Shown piece by piece: positions 48,376 to 57,474 of a stretch of 64,000 nucleotides of DNA. The notes beneath the pieces are model-generated. The model searched no databases. It saw only the letters and a program-made list of their open reading frames with translations, and was not told the origin of the DNA. The stretch lies in the NCBI GenBank assembly GCA_031363085.1, contig JANLTU010000196.1, positions 53,585-117,584 on the forward strand. The letters are read 5' to 3'. The translations under genes were made by a program, and so were the position numbers. This stretch comes from Gammaproteobacteria bacterium. Its GTDB lineage: Bacteria; Pseudomonadota; Gammaproteobacteria; SG8-11. Numbering within the stretch: the first letter of the stretch is position 1; the number at the start of each line of letters is the position of its first letter.

Positions 48376-49581
48376 TCATCCCTCGGCGACTTCCACCGAA
48401 TAGATTTCAGGAAGATTGCGCGCGATGCACGTCCAGCGCTGGCCTTCGTCGCGGCTCATCCACAGCTCGCCACTGGTGGTTCCAAAATACAGGCCGATGG
48501 CATCTTGCGTGTCTGCCGTCATGGACTGGCGCTTCACTGTCCACCACGCCTGAGTTTCGGGCAGACCGACATCGAGGCGCTGCCAGCGCTTGCCGCCGTT
48601 GCGGGTGACATACACCGCAGGCTTGCCTTCCGGGCTGGTGCGCGGCCACACGCTCTGGCCGTCCATCGGGAAAACCCACGCAGTGTCGGCATCGCGCGGG
48701 TGGATCACTATCGGAAAGCCGATGTCGCCAACGCGCTTGGGCATGTTGTTGCCGATGCGTGTCCACTCGTTCGACGGCCGATCAATGCGGTAGATGCCGC
48801 AGTGATTCTGCTGGTACAAGCGGTCCGGGTTGCTCGGGCACATGCGCACGCAATGCGGATCGTGAAAAGCGATATTGGCCGAATCAAATCCACCGACCAC
48901 TTCCATGCCTTTCACCAGGGTTGCAAAGCTTCGCCCGCCGTCGAGGGTTTCATGCACACCGCCGCCCGACATGCTGAAGTACAGGTGCTTGGGGTCGCGC
49001 GGGTCAACGATGATCGAGTGCAGCTTCGGCCCATCGGGCGTGCCATCCTGCACGCTGCCCATCCAAGCGCGGTATTGCGGGTCGTCGTTGATGACGGAAA
49101 ACGGCGTCCAGGTGTCGCCGCCGTCGTCGGAACGGAACAAACCCTGCGGCGAAGTGCCCGCGTACCACGCGTTCGGTTCGTTCGCGTGGCAGGGCGTGAG
49201 CCAGAAGGTGTGATCGACCGCGCGGCCTTTGTCACCGTCAGGCGCCTTTGCGAAGGCGGGCGGCTTGGCGGCTTCCTTCCAGGTGCGGCCGCGATCCGTG
49301 GAGCGAAATACCGTGGGACCAAGGTGCCCGGTCTTGGCTGCGGCCAGCAGCGTGCGACCGTCACGCGGGTCGAGCACCAAGTGATTGATGATGTGGCCGA
49401 GAAAGTGCGGCCCGTCGCTTCGCCAGGTTTTGCGCGCCGCATCGCCGTGAAAAATCCAGGCGCCTTTGCGCGTGGCGACCAACACCCGCACTTGGCGCGC
49501 CGGGCTTGCAGCACGCTTCGGGCGCGCAGCGGTCACTTTCTTTTTCGGTGCTGATTTTTTGCTGGTGCTTATCATGATCAC
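48376..49581 (-). CDS. BNR/Asp-box repeat beta-propeller protein (sialidase/Ycf48-like fold) with a Lys-rich N-terminal tail.
   Basis: Asp-box motifs (FRSTDRGRTW, FRSDDGGDTW, TLDGGRSF, MSRDEGQRW). N-terminus MIMISTSKKSAPKKKVTAARPKRAASPARQ. No signal peptide. Confidence 0.7.
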   Translation of the reverse strand: MIMISTSKKSAPKKKVTAARPKRAASPARQVRVLVATRKGAWIFHGDAARKTWRSDGPHFLGHIINHLVLDPRDGRTLLAAAKTGHLGPTVFRSTDRGRTWKEAAKPPAFAKAPDGDKGRAVDHTFWLTPCHANEPNAWYAGTSPQGLFRSDDGGDTWTPFSVINDDPQYRAWMGSVQDGTPDGPKLHSIIVDPRDPKHLYFSMSGGGVHETLDGGRSFATLVKGMEVVGGFDSANIAFHDPHCVRMCPSNPDRLYQQNHCGIYRIDRPSNEWTRIGNNMPKRVGDIGFPIVIHPRDADTAWVFPMDGQSVWPRTSPEGKPAVYVTRNGGKRWQRLDVGLPETQAWWTVKRQSMTADTQDAIGLYFGTTSGELWMSRDEGQRWTCIARNLPEIYSVEVAEG

Positions 49582-49790
49582 TCTTCCTCCCAGGTTATTT
49601 TTTTACACGACCGTCAAATGCTACTGTGCCTAGATTACAGATCGAAAAAACTTCAGTCCATCGCTGGCTGCAGCAGCATCCTTCTACAGTTAGCCATTTA
49701 ATAAGCAAGCGGGACGCGGCTGTTCTAAAAAAGGCAAGCCTATCGGCGGCACTTGCACAGTGGGTGCCCCAAAGAAACCTTGAACAGGCT

Positions 49791-50525
49791 CTAACGGTCC
49801 ACAACCGGTGTCTCCACCAAGCCTTGCCCCAGCGCCACACGCTCATCGAACACAAAACAACGGCCGCGCCAGCGGCTGTCCGCTGCGGGAATGTGTTCGA
49901 GGTAGTTTAAAATTCCGCCGTGCAGGTGGTACACATCTTTGAAACCCTGATCGAGCATGAAGGCGCTGGCTTTTTCGCAGCGGATGCCACCGGTGCAATA
50001 CATCGCAACTTTGCTGTGCGTGGTGGGAGCAAGCGAGCGGCGCACGTAATCCGGAAACTGTCGAAACGTGGCAATACCGGGATCGACAGCGCGTTCAAAT
50101 CCACCCAACGCGGTTTCGTAAACGTTACGGGTGTCGAGTAGCAGCACGCCTTCTTCTGCAAGCAAACTGTTCCACTGCGCGGCGGGAACATATTCACCCA
50201 CCGCACGCGTGGGATCGACACCGTCAACACCAAGCGTGACAATTTCTTTTTTCAGACGTATTTTCATACGACCGAACGGCCGTGCGCGCGCTGCTGATTG
50301 CTTGCAATGCACATCGGCCAGGCGCGGGTCAGCGCGCAAAAATGACAACACAGCGGCGACGCCGGCGTGCGAACCGGCGATGGTGGCGTTGATGCCTTCC
50401 TGCGCCAGCAAAATGCTGCCGATGACGCCGTGCGCCAGACACACTTCCAGCAGTGGCGCGCGCAGTGCGGCGCAGTCCGTCAGGCGTACAAATTTATAGA
50501 ATGTCAACACCATGTGTTGAGACAT
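49791..50525 (-). CDS. Rhodanese-domain protein of the UPF0176/TrhO (tRNA U34 hydroxylase) type.
   Basis: N-terminal LTFYKF…EGINATIAG. Rhodanese active-site loop YCTGGIRCEKA. C-terminal HLHGGILNY. Confidence 0.7.
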   Translation of the reverse strand: MSQHMVLTFYKFVRLTDCAALRAPLLEVCLAHGVIGSILLAQEGINATIAGSHAGVAAVLSFLRADPRLADVHCKQSAARARPFGRMKIRLKKEIVTLGVDGVDPTRAVGEYVPAAQWNSLLAEEGVLLLDTRNVYETALGGFERAVDPGIATFRQFPDYVRRSLAPTTHSKVAMYCTGGIRCEKASAFMLDQGFKDVYHLHGGILNYLEHIPAADSRWRGRCFVFDERVALGQGLVETPVVDR

Positions 50526-50718
50526 GACCTACACTCATTCACAGTCAGTTTTTTGTAAACGGATTTTACCGAAGGCCAATTCTTCCGTGTAGACAAAATT
50601 TTGTCGCGCCAATCAAACAAGCGGATTCGGGCATAGGAAAACCTCAATAGATATACGCACAAGACCGCGCCAGACTCGGCGTTGCAAATTTATTACAAGC
50701 CACCAAAGGAGAATATTC

Positions 50719-52740
50719 ATGTCTGCTGGACTCGTATTTGCTCTTGCATGCTCCATCGTTGCCTTGCTGTATGGTCTCATCTCCACTTATTACGTGATGT
50801 CCTTGCCGGACGGCAATGACCGCATGCGGCAAATCGCTCGTGCCATTCAAGATGGCGCGTCTGCCTACCTGCATCGGCAATACACCACCATCGGCATGGT
50901 CGGGGCGCTATTATTCGTGGTGATTTTTTTGGGGTTGGGGAAACTCACTGCGGCAGGCTTTGCGCTGGGCGCGGTGCTATCGGGAGCGGCCGGTTATATC
51001 GGCATGATCGTGTCGGTGCGCGCCAATGTGCGCACCGCCGAAGCGTCGCGCCGTGGGCTTGATGCCGGCCTGAGCGTTTCGTTTCGCGCCGGGGCCATCA
51101 CCGGCATGTTGGTGGTCGGCCTGGGTTTGCTGGGTGTGGCTGGATTTTACGCACTGCTGACCACGCTGGGCGGGGCGGGCATGCCGGATCTGGCACCGCT
51201 GGTCGGATTCGCTTTCGGCGGTTCGCTGATTTCCATCTTCGCGCGCCTGGGCGGCGGTATTTTCACCAAGGGTGCGGACGTAGGCGCCGACTTGGTCGGC
51301 AAAGTCGAGGCCGGCATCCCGGAAGACGACCCACGCAATCCGGCGGTGATTGCCGACAACGTCGGCGACAATGTCGGCGACTGCGCCGGCATGGCGGCGG
51401 ACTTGTTCGAGACCTACGCCGTGACCATCATCGCGGCAATGATTCTGGGCGTGTCGATGTTCCCGCAACATGCTGCCGAAGCGGCCTTGTATCCGCTGGT
51501 GCTGGGCGGCGTGTCGGTGCTGGCCTGCGTGCTGGGCACGTTCTTTGTCAAAATCGGCGCCAACCGCAAGGTGATGAACGCGCTGTATCGCGGCGTGATT
51601 GCCGCCGGCGTGCTGTCGGCGGCGGCGTTTTATCCGGTGACAAATTGGGTTATGGGCGGCGTGCCCGAACTCACGACGGCCGCACTTTATAGCGCCGCCT
51701 TGGTTGGGCTCGCGGTCACCGCCTTGTTAATTGTCATCACCGAGTACTACACCGCCACCGAATACGGGCCGGTGCGCGCTGTGGCAGAAGCCTCTGTCAC
51801 CGGACACGCTACCAATATCATCGCGGGATTGGCGTTGTCGATGCGCTCCACCGCAGCACCGGTGTTGGTGGTGTGCGCCGGTATCTACGTGGCGTTCCAC
51901 TTCGCGGGCTTGTATGGCATCGCGGTCGCAGCCACCTCAATGTTGTCGATGACCGGCATCATCGTCGCACTCGATGCTTACGGCCCAGTGACCGACAACG
52001 CCGGTGGTATTGCCGAAATGTCTAATCTGGAACCGGCCGTGCGTGAAACCACCGACACTCTGGACGCGGTGGGCAACACCACCAAGGCCGTCACCAAAGG
52101 CTACGCCATCGGTTCGGCCGGTCTCGCCGCGCTGGTGCTGTTCGCCGACTACACTCGCGAACTGAACCACCATTTAAACCAGACCACGAGTTTTGATCTG
52201 TCCAACCCTAATGTCATTATCGGCCTGTTCATCGGCGGCTTGGTGCCGTATTTCTTCGGCGCGATGGCCTTGGAATCGGTCGGGCGCGCGGCGCAGTCGG
52301 TGGTTGTCGAGGTGCGGCGCCAGTTCCGCGAAATTCCCGGCATCATGACCGGTGAGCAGGCACCCGATTACTCCACCGCAGTGGACATGCTGACGCGCGC
52401 GGCCATCAAAGAAATGGTGCTGCCGGCGTTGTTGCCGGTGTTAACGCCTGTAGCGGTCGGCTTGTTGCTGGGCTCACAGGCATTGGGTGGCTTGCTGGTC
52501 GGATCGATTGTCACCGGCTTGTTTGTCGCCATCTCCATGACCACCGGCGGCGGCGCCTGGGACAACGCCAAGAAGTTCATCGAAACCGGTAATCATGGCG
52601 GCAAGGGTTCGGATGCCCACAAGGCGGCGATCACCGGCGATACCGTCGGCGATCCCTATAAGGACACCGCCGGCCCGGCGATCAACCCGCTGATCAAGAT
52701 CATGAACATCGTCGCGCTGATGATCGTGCCGTTGTTGTAA
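50719..52740 (+). CDS. hppA: Membrane-bound proton-translocating pyrophosphatase.
   Basis: Multi-TM protein of 673 aa with [19 protein letters not shown] and [21 protein letters not shown] (H+-PPase signatures). Strong RBS AAGGAGAA upstream. Confidence 0.95.
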   Translation: MSAGLVFALACSIVALLYGLISTYYVMSLPDGNDRMRQIARAIQDGASAYLHRQYTTIGMVGALLFVVIFLGLGKLTAAGFALGAVLSGAAGYIGMIVSVRANVRTAEASRRGLDAGLSVSFRAGAITGMLVVGLGLLGVAGFYALLTTLGGAGMPDLAPLVGFAFGGSLISIFARLGGGIFTKGADVGADLVGKVEAGIPEDDPRNPAVIADNVGDNVGDCAGMAADLFETYAVTIIAAMILGVSMFPQHAAEAALYPLVLGGVSVLACVLGTFFVKIGANRKVMNALYRGVIAAGVLSAAAFYPVTNWVMGGVPELTTAALYSAALVGLAVTALLIVITEYYTATEYGPVRAVAEASVTGHATNIIAGLALSMRSTAAPVLVVCAGIYVAFHFAGLYGIAVAATSMLSMTGIIVALDAYGPVTDNAGGIAEMSNLEPAVRETTDTLDAVGNTTKAVTKGYAIGSAGLAALVLFADYTRELNHHLNQTTSFDLSNPNVIIGLFIGGLVPYFFGAMALESVGRAAQSVVVEVRRQFREIPGIMTGEQAPDYSTAVDMLTRAAIKEMVLPALLPVLTPVAVGLLLGSQALGGLLVGSIVTGLFVAISMTTGGGAWDNAKKFIETGNHGGKGSDAHKAAITGDTVGDPYKDTAGPAINPLIKIMNIVALMIVPLL

Positions 52741-52774
52741 TCCAGCGGTCAGGTTAAGCACGAAGTTATTGACC

Positions 52775-52800
52775 CCTCCTCATTTTCGAGGAGGGGTGGG
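52775..52800. terminator. GC-rich hairpin between the convergent hppA and LRR-protein genes. Possible bidirectional terminator.
   Basis: cccctcctc-attttcg-gaggagggg is a perfect 9-bp stem. No long T-tract on either side, so the call is tentative. Confidence 0.35.
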
Positions 52801-52958
52801 TGCGAAACGATACGGTAGATGTGACCCTAAAGAAGTATTCATTCCCTTTGAGCTGAGTCTAACGAAACTCACACACTTCAACCCCTCCCCTGCCCTTGCC
52901 TCACGTCAACAGCGCAAGTCAAACGACCTTCACCCGTTCATCGACTGTATCCATCGAG

Positions 52959-55900
52959 TTACGGATTAACGCAGTTCTCTCCGTCCACCGGCAGGTCAAC
53001 ATTCGTGACAATGCCGTCGAGGTCGACAGGCGGTGAATTCAAGCGCGTAATCAAGCGGGTGGCATCGGCGCAGGACAGCGCGGCATTCCCGCCCACTTGC
53101 AACAAGCGCGCGTTCTTCAACACCTCCAGCGCATTCACGTGCCCCACTCCCTGGCCACCCAATTCGTTGCTGGACACATCCAGCTCCGTCAAATTGGTCA
53201 GCGTCGCAAGCGGCGCCACATCGACAATGCGATTGCCGCCCAAGTACAAACGCTCGATATTGGTCAAGCCCGCAAGCGGCCGCACATCGACAATTTCACT
53301 GTTGTACACCGACAGGTAGACCACGTTCGATAGGCCCGCCAACGACGCCAAGTTGCTGACCTTGGTGTCATTCAGATACAAACTGGTCAGCGCCGTCAGC
53401 CCGGCCAACAGGCTGATATCGCTGACCGGGTTACCACTGAGCGACAGGTAAGTCAGCTTGGTGAGCGCAGCCAGCGGCTTGAGATTGGCGATGCGATTGG
53501 CGTCTAACGCCAGATAGCTCAGACCGGTGAGCCCGCTCAGCTTGTTCAGGTCGTCGATACGGTTGCTACGCAGCGACAGGTTCGTGACATTTTCCAGCCA
53601 TTCCAGGCCCGACAAATTAGCGATATCCAGCTCGTTGCAAACCAGGATACCGGCTACTTCGTCGCCATACACCCAGCCGTTAATCGCCGCTTCACCATTG
53701 ATGCATTGCTGTAACCCGGCGTCGGGAAACAGGCCGGACAGGCGCTTGTTATGCGGCGTGACCACCCGTTGCTCGGACATAAAACCTTCGCCACCGACAT
53801 TCACCGCCGCCACCCGGTACGCGTACTTGCTGTTATTGGTTAACCCGTTGAACACGTAGGGTGCAACGGCGTTGGGAACTTTACTAAATTTAGTGTCAAC
53901 ACCGGTCGCGAGTTTCCAGTACACCGTGTAAGACTCCGCGCCCGGCACCTGCGTCCAACCCAAGGTGATGCGTTTGTCCTCGCCAATCGTCACGTTGATG
54001 ACCGGCGCATCCGGCGCCAAGGTCAAAAAGACTTCCGGCGACAGCTCGCTCTCACCACCGGCGTTGCTGGCTGCGATGCGGTAAAAATATTTTTTTCCGT
54101 TACTGATATTCGCGTGCAGCAACGACGCAGCACTGGTCTTCAGCAAGGCGTCTTTGCTCGTGACGTTACCGGTGGTATTCCAGTAAATATGGTACTCAGT
54201 CGCGCCGTTGGAGGTTTTCCACGCCAGGGTAATCTGTTTGTCGGCACCCTTCAGATTTGAAAGCGCGGTCGCGTCCGGCGCCAGCGTGACGGAAAATTCC
54301 GGCGCCAAGGTCTCGCCGCCGTCGTTAACCGCCGCGATGCGATAATAATATGTCATGCCCCGCACCAACGCGCTGTGGGTCAACGCCGCTTCGGTACTGG
54401 TTAGTTTTTCATCCTTGCTGGTGACCTTGCCGGTGGTATTCCAGTAGACCCGATATCCGGTCGCACCGAACATCGGCGTCCAGCGTAAGTTGACGACACG
54501 ATCACCGCCTTGCGCGGTTTGCAGCACCGGCGCATCCGGCGCCAGCGTGACACTGAACTCCTGCGATAGCGGGCTGGCGCCGGCGGCATTGCGCGCACTG
54601 ATGCGGTAGTAATAGCTTCCGCCGTTCGCCAACCCGGTGTGTGGCAGCGGCGCCTTGAGTGCATCCAGCTTGGCGTCGCGCTCGGTCACGTTACCGCGCG
54701 TATTCCAATACACGGTGTAACCGGTTGCACCCGGCACCACGTTCCACTGCAGCGTGGCTTGCTTGTCGGCGGCACTGGCGCTGCCGACCGCCGGAGCATC
54801 CGGTATGAGCGTCACCTGCACCGGCGCGGCAGCGGTTTCACCGCCGGCATTCACTGCCGTCACTTGATAGTGGTACGTCAAGCCGTTGGCAAGATCCTTA
54901 TGAATATACGGCGCCGTGGCCGCCGAAATTTTTTGATCTTTGCTGATCACCGCGCCTGCGGAATTCCAGTAAATGTTATACGCAGTCGCGCCGGCCACGC
55001 GTTCCCAGCTCAGCGTCACCTGCTTGTCGCCACCTACCGGCGCTGCGACCAGCGGCGCATCCGGCGCCAGCGTGACTTTTATTTCGGTCGACAGCGGGCT
55101 CTCGCCGCCCGCGTTGCGCGCCGCAATGCGATAAAAATACACGCCGCCGTTCGCCACACCGGTGTGCACCACGCTGGAGGTGCTGACGTCCAAATGCGCG
55201 TCGGTGGCGGCAACCTCGCCTTTGGCATTCCAGTAAATGCGGTATTCAACCGCGCCGTTCACTGCGGTCCAACTGAGCGTGATTTGTTTGTCGCCGCCCA
55301 GCACCACCGGCAATCCAGGAGTTTCCGGCACCAAGGTCGCTTGCAACGGTGTCGACGCCGCTTCACCGCCTTCGTTAGCGGCCGTCACCAAATAGAAATA
55401 CGTTTCGCCCTTGCGCAACGGTTCGTGCACGAACGGCGACGTGACCCCGGCGAATTTTTTATCGCGCGTCGTCACATTGCCGCTGGTGTTCCAATATACG
55501 TGATACGCCGTGGCGCCTTCGCTCGCGTTCCAGCGCAGCGTCACCTGACGCTCGCCGACGGCCGCGATTTCAGAACGCGGCGCATCGGGTACCAGCGTGG
55601 CGGCGACCTGCGGCGCCAGAGCGCTTTCACCACCGTCATTGCTGGCCGACACCCGATAATAATATTTGCTGCCGTTGCGCAACGCCGCGTGCGTCCAGCT
55701 AAGGTCTTTGGTCGTGACTTTTTCGTCGCGCGCACTGACGTCGCCGCTGGTATTCCAATACACGGTGTAAAGCACGCTCGACGGCACCGCGTCCCAGCGC
55801 AAGTTCACTTGCTTATCACCACCCTGCGCAGCGGCGATCTTCGGCATGTCCGGCGGCATGACGACACGCACCTCCGGTGACAACGCGCTTTCGCCGCCGA

Positions 55901-57257
55901 TATTTTTTGCCGCCAGACGATAATAGTAAGTCACACCGTTACTCAGGTCGGCGTGCACCCACGGAAATATCACGCTCATGACCTTATTGTCGGTGACGTT
56001 AACGTCGCCGTGGGTGTTCCAGTACAGCGTGTAGCTCTGCGCACCAACGACCGGCGCCCACTGCAAGGTGATCTGGCGAGTCCCCTTGTCGAACTGGCCG
56101 ATGACTGGAACCGCCGGACGCAAGGCTGCCGCGATCTCCACCGACAGTGCCTCGCCGCCCGCGTTGGCTGCCGCCAGCCGATAGTAATAAGTTTCCCCCG
56201 CGTGCAAATCAGGCGGCGCGAACGGCGACGTCACCTCGGTAACCTTGCGGGAGGTACTGGACACGCCGGGATGCGTGTCCCAATACACGTGATAGCTGCT
56301 GGCGCCATTGACAGCGGCCCAATCCAGAAACACATGCTCGCTGTCATTACGCACTTGCAGCACCGGCGCCAGTGGCGGAAATGTCACGCTGACTTCCGGC
56401 GACAGCTCGCTTTCGCCGGCGAGATTCAGCGCACTGAGGCGGTAGTAATACGTGGTTCCACGTGCCCGGCCGGGGTGAATAAACGCCGATGAGACATACT
56501 CGATTTTTTTGTCGCTGGTGCTCACGCCCCCGCTGGTATTCCAATACAGATGATACAACTCGGCGGCGGCGACCAGCGGCCAGGAAATCGTCGCATCGCT
56601 CTCCCCGGCCAGCACCGACGTAATGACCGGTGCTGCGCTGGTCAGTTGCACCGACACTTCGCGCGACAAGTCGCCTTCGCCGCCATCGTTTTGCGCCGCA
56701 ACGCGATAAAAATAGCGCCCGCCGGGGCGCAGGTTCTGATGGATATATGACGCCTGGGTCGCCGTGATGACCGGGGCGCTGGTCGTGACTTTTCCACCGC
56801 TGTTCCAATAAATGCGGTAGTGCTGCGCGCCCGACACCGGCTCCCATTGCAACGACACCGCCTGCGCCGTGGCCTGAAGATCCACGTTTTGCGGCCGTCC
56901 CGGCGCCAGCGTTACGGTCGCCGTCAGGCCGGTGTCATGCTCGCCGCCGGTGTTGCCGACCTTGATCCAATACAGGTAAGTTGCGCCCGATGCCAAGCGT
57001 TCGTGCACATACGGGGAGGTGGCGTGGACAATTTTATTAGTGCTACCCGGGTTCGTTCCGACACGCTGCCAGTAAAGGTTGTACCACACCGCATCGGCGA
57101 CTTGCGGCCAAGTCAGCGTCACGTTTTGTTTACCCGCTGTGGCCGTCATCTGACCACTAGGCGCTGCCACGCCTTCTTGCGCAGCTTCGCTGTGCGCAAG
57201 CGGCGCGATCATGCACAAGGTCACCGCCCATACCAGAAGTCGGAATGCTCGCATCAT
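52959..57257 (-). CDS. Giant secreted protein: signal peptide, ~13 tandem fibronectin-III domains, and a C-terminal leucine-rich-repeat (internalin-like) domain. The ORF is open to 57368.
   Basis: Signal peptide MMRAFRLLVWAVTLCMIAPLAHS. Repeated …L.W..V.GA..Y..YWNT.G.V….K……H..L..G..YYYR..A.N.GGES units. C-terminal LRRs (LSGLTGLSYLALDANRIANLKPLAALTKLTYLSLSGNPVSDISLLAGLTALTSLYLNDTKVSNL…). RBS before the MMRAF start. Confidence 0.8.
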   Translation of the reverse strand: MMRAFRLLVWAVTLCMIAPLAHSEAAQEGVAAPSGQMTATAGKQNVTLTWPQVADAVWYNLYWQRVGTNPGSTNKIVHATSPYVHERLASGATYLYWIKVGNTGGEHDTGLTATVTLAPGRPQNVDLQATAQAVSLQWEPVSGAQHYRIYWNSGGKVTTSAPVITATQASYIHQNLRPGGRYFYRVAAQNDGGEGDLSREVSVQLTSAAPVITSVLAGESDATISWPLVAAAELYHLYWNTSGGVSTSDKKIEYVSSAFIHPGRARGTTYYYRLSALNLAGESELSPEVSVTFPPLAPVLQVRNDSEHVFLDWAAVNGASSYHVYWDTHPGVSSTSRKVTEVTSPFAPPDLHAGETYYYRLAAANAGGEALSVEIAAALRPAVPVIGQFDKGTRQITLQWAPVVGAQSYTLYWNTHGDVNVTDNKVMSVIFPWVHADLSNGVTYYYRLAAKNIGGESALSPEVRVVMPPDMPKIAAAQGGDKQVNLRWDAVPSSVLYTVYWNTSGDVSARDEKVTTKDLSWTHAALRNGSKYYYRVSASNDGGESALAPQVAATLVPDAPRSEIAAVGERQVTLRWNASEGATAYHVYWNTSGNVTTRDKKFAGVTSPFVHEPLRKGETYFYLVTAANEGGEAASTPLQATLVPETPGLPVVLGGDKQITLSWTAVNGAVEYRIYWNAKGEVAATDAHLDVSTSSVVHTGVANGGVYFYRIAARNAGGESPLSTEIKVTLAPDAPLVAAPVGGDKQVTLSWERVAGATAYNIYWNSAGAVISKDQKISAATAPYIHKDLANGLTYHYQVTAVNAGGETAAAPVQVTLIPDAPAVGSASAADKQATLQWNVVPGATGYTVYWNTRGNVTERDAKLDALKAPLPHTGLANGGSYYYRISARNAAGASPLSQEFSVTLAPDAPVLQTAQGGDRVVNLRWTPMFGATGYRVYWNTTGKVTSKDEKLTSTEAALTHSALVRGMTYYYRIAAVNDGGETLAPEFSVTLAPDATALSNLKGADKQITLAWKTSNGATEYHIYWNTTGNVTSKDALLKTSAASLLHANISNGKKYFYRIAASNAGGESELSPEVFLTLAPDAPVINVTIGEDKRITLGWTQVPGAESYTVYWKLATGVDTKFSKVPNAVAPYVFNGLTNNSKYAYRVAAVNVGGEGFMSEQRVVTPHNKRLSGLFPDAGLQQCINGEAAINGWVYGDEVAGILVCNELDIANLSGLEWLENVTNLSLRSNRIDDLNKLSGLTGLSYLALDANRIANLKPLAALTKLTYLSLSGNPVSDISLLAGLTALTSLYLNDTKVSNLASLAGLSNVVYLSVYNSEIVDVRPLAGLTNIERLYLGGNRIVDVAPLATLTNLTELDVSSNELGGQGVGHVNALEVLKNARLLQVGGNAALSCADATRLITRLNSPPVDLDGIVTNVDLPVDGENCVNP

Positions 57258-57474
57258 TTCCTTGCTTGAAACACTTACAAGTGTAAGTCGTTGGAGGTGG
57301 AGCGCATCGCACGCGACTGGACAACCTGATCGCGGCAAAGCATAGCGCATAGTACGGTGCGACCCCAAGTTTAGGCGTGATGCAATTCACGCGCATCGAC
57401 GCCGCATGGTCAGGCGCGCGTGCGCATTGCATTGGCGCCTGACGCGAGCCATGCTTCGCGAAATGCAAATACCG

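Noticed and set aside
48229..49554. 441-aa plus-strand ORF antisense to the MoaD and BNR genes.
   Set aside because: It spans two independent minus-strand genes with strong motif support, so it is an artefact of GC-rich antisense frames.
50977..51471. 164-aa minus-strand ORF inside hppA.
   Set aside because: Antisense to the unmistakable H+-PPase gene.
54639..55880. 413-aa plus-strand ORF inside the FN3-LRR gene, and the ORFs at 55953-56492 and 56820-57269.
   Set aside because: Arg- and His-rich nonsense translation antisense to a gene with 13 recognisable FN3 modules.
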